A DNA stretch of 42,079 nucleotides from a virus. The notes beneath the pieces were generated by a model that saw nothing but the letters and a program-made list of their open reading frames with translations, was not told the DNA's origin and ran no database searches. A program made the position numbers and the translations under genes. The stretch covers positions 1 through 42,079 of the IMG/VR virus record IMGVR_UViG_3300031616_000014. One strand, given 5' to 3'. Shown one piece after another: positions 1 to 6,532 of the stretch. Positions within the stretch are counted from its first letter, which is position 1, and each line of letters opens with the position of its first letter.

Positions 1-127
1 CATCAGACACCCCAGGAGTCGGAAAGTGAGTAACGCCTTCAACATGATGCCGAAGTGTGACCGTTGCGGCCGGTTCATGCATTGCGCTCCAGGCAGCTCC
101 TACGCGATGCGGTGTTCTGGCTTCCCT
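1..127. repeat. Terminal direct repeat, copy 1 (identical to 41953-42079); the contig closes into a circle of 41,952 unique bp
   Basis: Compared base by base: 1-127 (catcagacacccc...ctggcttccct) recurs exactly at 41953-42079 and runs to the last base of the window. Confidence 0.97.
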
Positions 128-247
128 CCGACACCCGACCATGAGCAGACGCGCTGCAAGTCGTGCACGGAGAAATTTGGCCCGCTGACAGCATCGTCCG
201 GCATCGCCGAGTGGACGGCCGGAGTTGTGGGAAGTCCGAAACTATGA
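26..247 (+). CDS. Small zinc-ribbon-like protein (73 aa), function unknown
   Basis: GTG start 7 nt after AGGAG (14-18). Two CxxC pairs (KCDRCG, CKSC). The stop overlaps the next start (ATGA 244-247). Confidence 0.5.
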   Translation: MSNAFNMMPKCDRCGRFMHCAPGSSYAMRCSGFPPTPDHEQTRCKSCTEKFGPLTASSGIAEWTAGVVGSPKL

Positions 248-756
248 GCCTTCACGAACAATGCGTCGGCGCGACTGACGAGTGGTATACGCCGAAGTAC
301 GTCTTCGACGCACTCAATTGCACGTTCGACATGGATGTGGCCAGCCCGAATCCGCCGCTGCCGTGGATCCCAACTGGACGATTCCTATGTTCCGACAGCC
401 TGGACCAAGACTGGTACGGCTTTATCTGGATGAACCCGCCGTTCGGTGGCAGGAACGGCCTGGTGCCTTGGCTCCAGAAGTTCTGGGACCACGGCAATGG
501 CATTGCACTCGTTCCTGACAGAACCTCAGCGCCGTGGTGGCAGACGTATATTCCGAACGCCGACGCCGTTTTGTTTGTGGCCCGAAAAATCAAGTTCATC
601 AGGCCCGATGGAAAGCCGGGTAATTCTCCAGCGCAAGGGACGTGTTTGGTGGGCCTCGGCGCACAAGCCAAGCTCGCCTTGATGAATGCCGAGTTTACCG
701 GGCTCGGTTCGGTGATGGTGCCGAACTCTTCTGGTGTCCGCGAGAGCAAATCATGA
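244..756 (+). CDS. Phage Dam-type DNA N6-adenine methyltransferase
   Basis: ATG 244 overlaps the upstream stop; the track ORF from 163 is an upstream extension. It has DEWYTP near the N-terminus and catalytic WMNPPFG (NPPF motif IV), the pattern of the phage N-6-adenine methyltransferase family (PF05869-like). Confidence 0.85.
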   Translation: MSLHEQCVGATDEWYTPKYVFDALNCTFDMDVASPNPPLPWIPTGRFLCSDSLDQDWYGFIWMNPPFGGRNGLVPWLQKFWDHGNGIALVPDRTSAPWWQTYIPNADAVLFVARKIKFIRPDGKPGNSPAQGTCLVGLGAQAKLALMNAEFTGLGSVMVPNSSGVRESKS

Positions 757-924
757 GCGCTTCTCCCGCCTCTTCAGTTCCCGCTCTACGGCCTCCCGGA
801 CAAATGCCGTCCGCTCCTCGCCGTCCTCTAAAACGGCGTCGATCCGGTCAAATGTCCCCTCGGGGAATCGGGCCTGCATATCCTCGGCCCATCTTTTTTT
901 GCGTCCCATGCTCTTTTTTCTCAT
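751..924 (-). CDS. Ribbon-helix-helix (CopG/Arc-like) DNA-binding protein, 57 aa
   Basis: Hand-translated and below the track cut-off: MRKKSMGRKKRWAEDMQARFPEGTFDRIDAVLEDGEERTAFVREAVERELKRREKRS. It shows a strand-helix-helix pattern. It is the only minus-strand gene in this arm. Its stop abuts the dam stop (tcatga 751-756). An alternative start is ATG 909. Confidence 0.5.
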   Translation of the reverse strand: MRKKSMGRKKRWAEDMQARFPEGTFDRIDAVLEDGEERTAFVREAVERELKRREKRS

Positions 925-932
925 ATGAGGTA

Positions 933-981
933 TTGACGTATCTCGTTTGAGGTATATAAGTCATATCAGGAATTAACACAA
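933..981. promoter_or_regulatory. Face-to-face divergent sigma70-like promoters sharing one TATATA box
   Basis: Plus strand: TTGACG (933-938)-N16-TATAAG (955-960), ahead of RBS AGGGAGAAGG and ATG 994. Minus strand: TTGTGT (981-976)-N17-TATATA (958-953), ahead of the RHH gene. The intergenic region is AT-rich. Confidence 0.5.
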
Positions 982-993
982 GGGAGAAGGAAC

Positions 994-1140
994 ATGATCA
1001 AGAATTACTCAGTGTTCGACGGATTCACCCTCATAGGCCGCCTGTCCGCTTTTGACGATGATGTGGCCTATGAAATGGCATGCCAGATTTACGGGCGCGA
1101 ATACGGAAAGCACATCCGTGTTGAGGATGAGGGCCAATGA
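994..1140 (+). CDS. Hypothetical 48-aa protein
   Basis: Hand-translated: MIKNYSVFDGFTLIGRLSAFDDDVAYEMACQIYGREYGKHIRVEDEGQ. Strong RBS AGGGAGAAGG (981-990). The stop overlaps the next ATG (ATGA 1137-1140). Confidence 0.5.
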   Translation: MIKNYSVFDGFTLIGRLSAFDDDVAYEMACQIYGREYGKHIRVEDEGQ

Positions 1141-1538
1141 AAGATCTGCTGCTCAAAGCGCTCGAATTGCCAAAAGCGGAACGCTACCGGTTGGCTTTCC
1201 TCATTGCCGAAAGCATCGGATACGTTTTGGCTAAGAATGGTCTTAGTCCCGGCTGCAACGGCCACGAAAATGAACATTTATCCGAAGCGCTGCGGCTAAT
1301 CCGCAAGCACATGCAACCTAGCGACACGGTTGGAAAGATGTTCTTGAGGGTCGCTAAAGCTTTGGAGGCCGAACAGTTTACGCAGTTTGGTGAGGTTTGC
1401 GATGGGTGCGGCAACGTATTGATTTGCCGAAATTGCGGGAAGTTTCGTTCCGGCGAGGCGCAGGAAGATCGACGCCAGCCTCGTGAGTTGATCGACCGAG
1501 AGCCAGACCACGGGCAATATTTGCCACCGCGGACATGA
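1137..1538 (+). CDS. Hypothetical protein with an antitoxin-like N-terminal helix and a C-terminal zinc ribbon
   Basis: The N-terminus LLLKALELPKAERYRLAFLIAESI resembles the LxxALxLPxxER opening of 'addiction module component' antitoxins. The C-terminus carries CDGCG...CRNCG. The segment is visibly lower in GC than its surroundings. Confidence 0.55.
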   Translation: MKDLLLKALELPKAERYRLAFLIAESIGYVLAKNGLSPGCNGHENEHLSEALRLIRKHMQPSDTVGKMFLRVAKALEAEQFTQFGEVCDGCGNVLICRNCGKFRSGEAQEDRRQPRELIDREPDHGQYLPPRT

Positions 1539-1569
1539 CGAAAAATCGAAAGAGCAAAGGAGATTAGAA

Positions 1570-1746
1570 ATGGATACCTTCAATAAGCATATGGTCGGCG
1601 CTCAGGGTGACAACATCGTAATAATGATGCCGCCTCGTGGCCCGATGTCGAAGGAGGAGGCCTTGATATTCGCGGCTTGGATTGTCTCTCTTGCCACCTA
1701 CGACGACGCCGAGTTTCAGAAGGCGCTAGAGGCCGTTCGGTCTTGA
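1570..1746 (+). CDS. Hypothetical 58-aa protein
   Basis: Hand-translated: MDTFNKHMVGAQGDNIVIMMPPRGPMSKEEALIFAAWIVSLATYDDAEFQKALEAVRS. RBS AAGGAG about 10 nt upstream. Packed between neighbouring genes. Confidence 0.45.
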   Translation: MDTFNKHMVGAQGDNIVIMMPPRGPMSKEEALIFAAWIVSLATYDDAEFQKALEAVRS

Positions 1747-1748
1747 AC

Positions 1749-2009
1749 ATGACAGCACCGGCACCCGAGACGATCGAGCGCGAGCAGGGCAAGCTCTACC
1801 TGAGCGATGCCGAATTGATCCGTCGCCTCGGCGTGCCGGAAAAGCACATGCGCAAGATCCTGCCGGGGCTGGAATCCAAGTATGGTTTTCCACGGAAACA
1901 ACCGCTTTTCGGGGATCGACGCTATTGGCCGGCGGTGAAAGCGTGGTTGGATAAGCGCAACGGGATCACGATGAGCCCGGAAGTGGCACGGAGAGAGAAC
2001 AATGACTGA
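1749..2009 (+). CDS. xis: Excisionase-like / winged-HTH DNA-binding protein
   Basis: ATG 1749 is an internal Met of the track ORF 1677-2009. It has an HTH-like LSDAELIRRLGVPEKHMRKIL. It lies immediately upstream of the integrase and overlaps its start by 8 nt. Confidence 0.5.
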   Translation: MTAPAPETIEREQGKLYLSDAELIRRLGVPEKHMRKILPGLESKYGFPRKQPLFGDRRYWPAVKAWLDKRNGITMSPEVARRENND

Positions 2010-3270
2010 ACGCACGCCGCCGCGCGTCGATGGCGCTCCTGGTCTAGTCTGGCGCGAACGCAAGAAGGGATGGGTTGCCTACTGGCAGGCCCGCAGTGAC
2101 CTGGTGAAGAGAGGCTACGCCCCCGGCGCCGTGCGCTTGTGGGAAGGTGCTGAGCTGGACGAGATCGACGCGCTGGAGATTGCCTCGCAGTGCAACGAAC
2201 ACCAATCGGTCATGCTGATCTGGGGTCGCGAGCGAGATGCCGGCGGCAAGCTTATTCCGCTGGTCACCATTGGCAACCTAATCGACAAATACCAGAACGA
2301 TCCGGATTCGGCGTTCCATAAGAAGCGCTATGAGGCGCGGCAGGGTAAGGCAGCGCTGCTGAAGCGGATCGACAAGCGGTTTGGTGACGTCATGCTTTCC
2401 GACATCGCCGGCCGGATGATCCTGTCCTGGTATAAAGAGTGGAGCGACAACGGGCAGAAGGTTTCCGCGGGCGGGGCTTTCATCGCCACCCTGCGAACCC
2501 TGTTCCGGTTCGGTGCCGGCCTCTTGGATGATCGGGAATGCGCCCGGCTGGCCGAGACCCTATCCAGCCAGAGCTACAAGGGGACTAAGCCGCGGGAGGT
2601 CGCACTGTCGGCTGACCAGGCCACAGCCATCCGGGAGAAGGCCCACGAGCGCGGCTGGCCGTTCATCGCCCTCGCCCAGGCCATCCAGTTCGAATGCACC
2701 CTGCGCCAGCGGGACGTCATCGGCGAGTGGGTTCCAGTGAAAGAGCCCGGCGTGTCGGACGTCATCCAGACGAAGAAGTTCAAGGGCGAGAAGAAAACCA
2801 AGAAGTGGATCACTGGCCTCCGGTGGGAGAGGATCGACGAGAACCTGATCCTGCGCCACGTCACCAGCAAGCGGAGCAAGACGATCGTGGTCGATCTGAA
2901 GCTGGCGCCAATGGTCTTGGAAGAGTTCCAGGCCATGTTCGGCTCCATCGATCGCGCCACCATGCCCGCCTCTGGCCCGGTCATCCTGTGCGAGGTCAAT
3001 GCCTGGCCCTACTACAATACCGAGTTCCGCAGGAAGTGGCGGAAAGTGGCGACCGCGGCCGGCGTGCCCAAGGGCGTCAAGAACATGGACACCAGGAGCG
3101 GCGCGATCACCGAGGCCGCCGAGGCCGGCGCCGATATGGAGATGGTCAGGAAGGCCGCGACCCATAGCAACGTCGCGCAAACACAGAACTATTCCCGGAA
3201 CGATGCCAAGGCAACAGCCGAGGTGATGGCCCTGCGGGTAGCGCGTCGAAACAAACCAGCGACAGAATAG
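2002..3270 (+). CDS. int: Tyrosine recombinase / phage integrase
   Basis: 422 aa. The C-terminal catalytic region carries TRSGAITEAAEAG ... ATHSNVAQTQNYSR (R, HxxR-type and Tyr nucleophile context). It is followed by repeated arm-type motifs. Confidence 0.9.
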   Translation: MTERTPPRVDGAPGLVWRERKKGWVAYWQARSDLVKRGYAPGAVRLWEGAELDEIDALEIASQCNEHQSVMLIWGRERDAGGKLIPLVTIGNLIDKYQNDPDSAFHKKRYEARQGKAALLKRIDKRFGDVMLSDIAGRMILSWYKEWSDNGQKVSAGGAFIATLRTLFRFGAGLLDDRECARLAETLSSQSYKGTKPREVALSADQATAIREKAHERGWPFIALAQAIQFECTLRQRDVIGEWVPVKEPGVSDVIQTKKFKGEKKTKKWITGLRWERIDENLILRHVTSKRSKTIVVDLKLAPMVLEEFQAMFGSIDRATMPASGPVILCEVNAWPYYNTEFRRKWRKVATAAGVPKGVKNMDTRSGAITEAAEAGADMEMVRKAATHSNVAQTQNYSRNDAKATAEVMALRVARRNKPATE

Positions 3271-3413
3271 CGGACGGATAGCGGACGGCGAATTAAAGTG
3301 TAATTGGGCCAATTAGTTAGAGCATGGTCCAGACTGCCTAGGTGACGGTACGATTTTGGCAATTCGATAATCAGTGAAAGCAGTTAGCGGAAAACCTGTC
3401 CGCTATCCGAAAC
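3267..3413. promoter_or_regulatory. Candidate attP region with arm-type repeats
   Basis: ATAGCGGACGG is tandemly repeated at 3267-3277 and 3278-3288, the first copy overlapping the int stop. An inverted copy (CTGTCCGCTATCCG, the reverse complement of CGGATAGCGGACAG) lies at 3396-3409. A degenerate TTAGCGGA lies at 3384-3391. About 105 bp of non-coding spacer lies between them. Confidence 0.55.
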
Positions 3414-3435
3414 AGGGGAGGCCTCATTGGGCTGC

Positions 3436-3651
3436 ATGGAGAGATCGATGGCGAAACCACACGAAGAAATAGCATGGGTTCCGATGTGCACCACGGAGAA
3501 CGGCTCCTGGTTCTTCGACGGGATCATCCGCGATCTGCAGTTCGAGGCTAGGAACGCTTTCGCCAAGCACTGCTGTATGGAATGGGAGGCGCTTCGCAAA
3601 GAGGGCTGGCGCATCGTGCGCGTGCGGCTCACGACCGAGCTTCACCAGTAG
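3436..3651 (+). CDS. Hypothetical protein
   Basis: Track ORF 3427-3651. ATG 3436 follows GGGGAGG (3415-3421). The start is uncertain (TTG 3427, ATG 3436 or ATG 3448). Confidence 0.5.
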   Translation: MERSMAKPHEEIAWVPMCTTENGSWFFDGIIRDLQFEARNAFAKHCCMEWEALRKEGWRIVRVRLTTELHQ

Positions 3652-3682
3652 CGATCATTCAAACAGACCGAAAGAGCAAAGC

Positions 3683-3835
3683 ATGACGCGCGAAGAAGCC
3701 ATCAGCCGGGTTCGAATTATCGAACTCCTGTTGGACGCCAACCCAAGGGCCGGGATGGGCTGGCGATGCAGTCTCGATGATGAGCAGCAATTTCTAATCA
3801 AGCACTTCAAATTAACCAAAGAGGACTGGTCTTGA
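3683..3835 (+). CDS. Hypothetical 50-aa protein
   Basis: Hand-translated: MTREEAISRVRIIELLLDANPRAGMGWRCSLDDEQQFLIKHFKLTKEDWS. Its stop overlaps the TTG start of the next gene. Confidence 0.4.
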   Translation: MTREEAISRVRIIELLLDANPRAGMGWRCSLDDEQQFLIKHFKLTKEDWS

Positions 3836-4479
3836 TTGCCCTTGACCTATTTTGCTGCGCGGGCGGCGCCGCCGTGGGGCTGCGGCGGGCCAGCTATCAG
3901 GTCGTTGGCGTGGATATCGATCCGCAGCCCCGATATCCGTTTGCCTTCATCCAGGCGGATGTAATGCAGATCGACTTCCGGCGGTTTGACCTTGTATGGG
4001 CCTCCCCGCCCTGCCAGAAGTTCTGCCGGTTGCGGACCCGCGAGGACTTATCCGGCTATCCGGACCTAATCGAGCCTGTCCGCGCCAAGCTGATCGCCAG
4101 CGGCGTTCCCTACGTCATTGAGAACGTGCCAGAGGCCCCTATCCGCTGCGACCTGATGTTGTGCGGCGGCATGTTCGGGCTCCGCAGCTACCGCCACAGG
4201 CACTTTGAGTGCAGTTTCCCAATCGCACAGCCGGAACACCCAAAGCATGTTGTCAGGGTCAATCGCCGCGGCGAGAACCGCCGGGAGCATTGGGCCAACG
4301 GCGGTTTCATCACGATCACCGGCGATGTGGGTGTATATTGCGGACCCGAGGCCATGGGCATCGATTGGATGTCGGGCAATGAGATGTCCGAGGCCATCCC
4401 GCCAGCCTACGCTGAGTATATCGGACGCGCCGCCCTGGCCTCCTCGCGCCCGCATCTAATCCGAGAGGCGGCCGAATGA
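3832..4479 (+). CDS. DNA (cytosine-5) methyltransferase, compact 215-aa form
   Basis: Motif I DLFCCAGGAAVG, motif IV ASPPCQKF (PCQ catalytic Cys), motif VI YVIENVPE and motif X-like GNEMSEAIPPAYAEYIG. TTG start. Confidence 0.85.
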   Translation: MIALDLFCCAGGAAVGLRRASYQVVGVDIDPQPRYPFAFIQADVMQIDFRRFDLVWASPPCQKFCRLRTREDLSGYPDLIEPVRAKLIASGVPYVIENVPEAPIRCDLMLCGGMFGLRSYRHRHFECSFPIAQPEHPKHVVRVNRRGENRREHWANGGFITITGDVGVYCGPEAMGIDWMSGNEMSEAIPPAYAEYIGRAALASSRPHLIREAAE

Positions 4480-4534
4480 AAGTTTCGATCAGGCCGGCTG
4501 TCCGAAACACTGCTGACCGAACATCGAGGAAGCC

Positions 4535-4870
4535 ATGAGCGAATTTGACAAGGAAGTTATGTGGGCAGTCTCAGGGACCGGGGACGATTTCCAGTGCGTT
4601 CATGTAGACTTCGCGCGTGAGCAACAGGCGGAAATTGACCGGCTGCGGGAGGCGCTAAAGGCCATCCCGCCGCCTGTATGGCAATCACTCGACAATGCCC
4701 CCAAGGACAAACCATTCCTGGCCATGGGCCTAGAACGAACATTCGGCGCCGGCCATTACTTTCTGACGATCGGGAGATGGACCGGCTCTCACTTCGCCGC
4801 CAAGCACGATGGTTCAATGATCATTGCGTGGCTACCGACGCCAGACTTTGATCTGTCAGTCCGCAGATGA
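4535..4870 (+). CDS. Hypothetical protein, DUF551-like C-terminus
   Basis: RBS GAGGAAG. WQSLDNAPKDKPFLAMG ... IIAWLPTPDF resembles the W..v.d.lP ... W.PLP pattern of phage DUF551 proteins. Confidence 0.5.
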   Translation: MSEFDKEVMWAVSGTGDDFQCVHVDFAREQQAEIDRLREALKAIPPPVWQSLDNAPKDKPFLAMGLERTFGAGHYFLTIGRWTGSHFAAKHDGSMIIAWLPTPDFDLSVRR

Positions 4871-4882
4871 ACAGGAGAGAGA

Positions 4883-5227
4883 ATGAAGTTCCGAAAGAAG
4901 CCAGTCGTGATAGATGCCATCCAATGGGACGGTAATGCGCTTTCAGTCCCAATCCCTGAATGGTTCTCCCAGCCGTGGATGGACAAGACCGTTGACCGCG
5001 ATCAGGAAGATCGCTCGAAACTCAACATAAAAACCCTTAAAGGGGTGATGCAGGCTTCGCCAGGCGACTGGATCATTCGCGGCGTCAAGGGCGAACTCTA
5101 CCCGTGTAAGCCGGACATCTTTGCGGCGATCTACGAGGACGTTGACGCTGTTGACCCTCGGGACGACGAGATCAGCCGGCTACGCGCGGAGTTGGACGAA
5201 TGGAAATGCCCTACCCCGAACCCCTAG
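4883..5227 (+). CDS. Conserved phage protein (N4 gp49 / Sf6 gp66-like pattern)
   Basis: RBS AGGAGAGAGA. MKFRKKPVVIDAIQW ... GDWIIRGVKGELYPCKPDIFAAIYE matches a widespread small phage protein family as I recall it; this was not verified. Confidence 0.55.
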   Translation: MKFRKKPVVIDAIQWDGNALSVPIPEWFSQPWMDKTVDRDQEDRSKLNIKTLKGVMQASPGDWIIRGVKGELYPCKPDIFAAIYEDVDAVDPRDDEISRLRAELDEWKCPTPNP

Positions 5228-5251
5228 CCCGGTCTGGCAAGGAGACCGTTG

Positions 5252-5449
5252 ATGCCGCACATTGAACACCCGGCCCGTCAGGGCGACAATCCCAGCATCG
5301 CCGACTGGTTGCGCTTTCATATCGGCGTATGGATGCAGAGCAAGGGCGCGGCGCTGGAGTATCGAGCGCTTTACCCCAACGATGTTGTCTGCGCCGAGTG
5401 CGGTCAATTGGTCCATCCCGGCCAAGAGTGCGACCACATTCCGTTCTGA
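5252..5449 (+). CDS. Hypothetical small protein with a CxxC motif
   Basis: ATG 5252 lies 7 nt after AAGGAG (5239-5244). 65 aa. Carries CAECG...C. Confidence 0.5.
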   Translation: MPHIEHPARQGDNPSIADWLRFHIGVWMQSKGAALEYRALYPNDVVCAECGQLVHPGQECDHIPF

Positions 5450-5474
5450 CGGTCATCAGTAGAGAGCGAAACAC

Positions 5475-5642
5475 ATGGACGACTACGAGAAGCGCATCCG
5501 CGAAAAGGTCTTTGAAAGCGGCATCCTGACGAACGGGGAATGGGTGTATCTAATCGGGGTGTTCAATGCTGCCCGCGAATACGAGCTGGCGCTTGATAAG
5601 ACCGTGCCGGTCACGAATGGTATCCGTGGAGGTGAAACATGA
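5475..5642 (+). CDS. Hypothetical 55-aa protein
   Basis: Hand-translated: MDDYEKRIREKVFESGILTNGEWVYLIGVFNAAREYELALDKTVPVTNGIRGGET. The stop overlaps the next ATG (ATGA 5639-5642). Confidence 0.4.
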   Translation: MDDYEKRIREKVFESGILTNGEWVYLIGVFNAAREYELALDKTVPVTNGIRGGET

Positions 5643-5866
5643 ACGGCATGGATGAACAACAGCGCAAGATAAACGAGCGGATGGCAAAGCCAGGACCGTT
5701 GGTGAACGATGAGGAGGTTCGGGCGGCAGAGGACATGCTCAGGCGCCTTTGCGAGGCGGCGGGTAAAGAACCTCCCATCCCAGCCATCTTCATCCGTCAC
5801 ATGCTTGAAGAAGCAGCCAAGGCGCGGCGACTGAGCTACCGCATGGACGGCGCCCAGCAGTGGTAG
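5639..5866 (+). CDS. Hypothetical protein
   Basis: 75-aa track ORF, translationally coupled to the upstream ORF. Confidence 0.5.
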   Translation: MNGMDEQQRKINERMAKPGPLVNDEEVRAAEDMLRRLCEAAGKEPPIPAIFIRHMLEEAAKARRLSYRMDGAQQW

Positions 5867-5891
5867 AGTTGAGCAGAGATCGGACCATCAG

Positions 5892-6098
5892 ATGAAAATC
5901 TTCTGCCTATTTCTGGCTTTCTGTGCGCTCGCCTTCACACATTGGATATCCTTCATGCAAGGGCGCGCCGATGTGATGACAAAAACCACAGTCGAGTTTG
6001 GCGCTCCTTACTATCGTGGGCCATTCTTCGGAACGTGCCAGACCGAGGTCTATTTTAACAATGAGCGGGGTATCGCCTGCGCCACCCTCCCCCGTTGA
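5892..6098 (+). CDS. Small membrane or secreted protein
   Basis: The hydrophobic N-terminus MKIFCLFLAFCALAFTHWISF looks like a signal peptide or membrane anchor. 68 aa. Confidence 0.45.
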   Translation: MKIFCLFLAFCALAFTHWISFMQGRADVMTKTTVEFGAPYYRGPFFGTCQTEVYFNNERGIACATLPR

Positions 6099-6175
6099 CT
6101 ACCTCGGATATGGCCAAACTCCGTCTTGATGGAGGGGTCAACGTGGGGTAGTGGTGGGCAACACTGGAGGGGGAA

Positions 6176-6313
6176 ATGACCATACTGCGCTACCACATTG
6201 CGTCTGGGCTTATCGAACTAGCCCTGAGGATAATGCCGAAAGGTCCATACAGGGCGGAGATGTTAGATGCTCTAGCCGAGCTTAACGAAAGACTCAGAGA
6301 GGCGATTGCTTGA
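6176..6313 (+). CDS. Hypothetical 45-aa protein
   Basis: Hand-translated: MTILRYHIASGLIELALRIMPKGPYRAEMLDALAELNERLREAIA. RBS GGAGGGGG directly upstream. Confidence 0.35.
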   Translation: MTILRYHIASGLIELALRIMPKGPYRAEMLDALAELNERLREAIA

Positions 6314-6331
6314 TCGGGCTGAAGTAACCAC

Positions 6332-6532
6332 ATGATCGAACGCACGTATGACGACGGGTATCATCTCTGGTTTGCTTGGCGCCCCGTCCTGCTCAAGTGG
6401 GAGGGCGGGTACGGCAACCCCTTAAAGCGCGACTACAGGGTGATCTGGCTGCGCTTCGTCCACCGGAAGCGGACTGCCAAAGGAACCTACTACTCAGTAT
6501 TTGAGGGCGGAAAACCTGAGTATCGCTTCTAA
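6332..6532 (+). CDS. Hypothetical protein (last gene of the plus arm)
   Basis: 66-aa track ORF. Its stop codon overlaps the stop codon of the convergent 784-aa gene at 6529-6532. Confidence 0.45.
   Translation: MIERTYDDGYHLWFAWRPVLLKWEGGYGNPLKRDYRVIWLRFVHRKRTAKGTYYSVFEGGKPEYRF

Noticed and set aside
163-243. Upstream extension of the Dam methyltransferase ORF (start at 163).
   Set aside because: The extension overlaps the preceding zinc-ribbon ORF in another frame and adds an Arg-rich non-conserved leader. ATG 244 gives ATGA coupling and starts just before the conserved DEWYTP motif.
3304-3375. Possible tRNA or tRNA fragment in the attP spacer (GGGCCAATTAGTTAGAGCA resembles an acceptor plus D-arm).
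   Set aside because: No T-arm (GTTCGAATC-like) is present. The potential acceptor pairing (GCCAA/TTGGC) would give a molecule of only about 55 nt, and the D-loop is truncated. It is not a tRNA gene; at most it is a chance or relic similarity.
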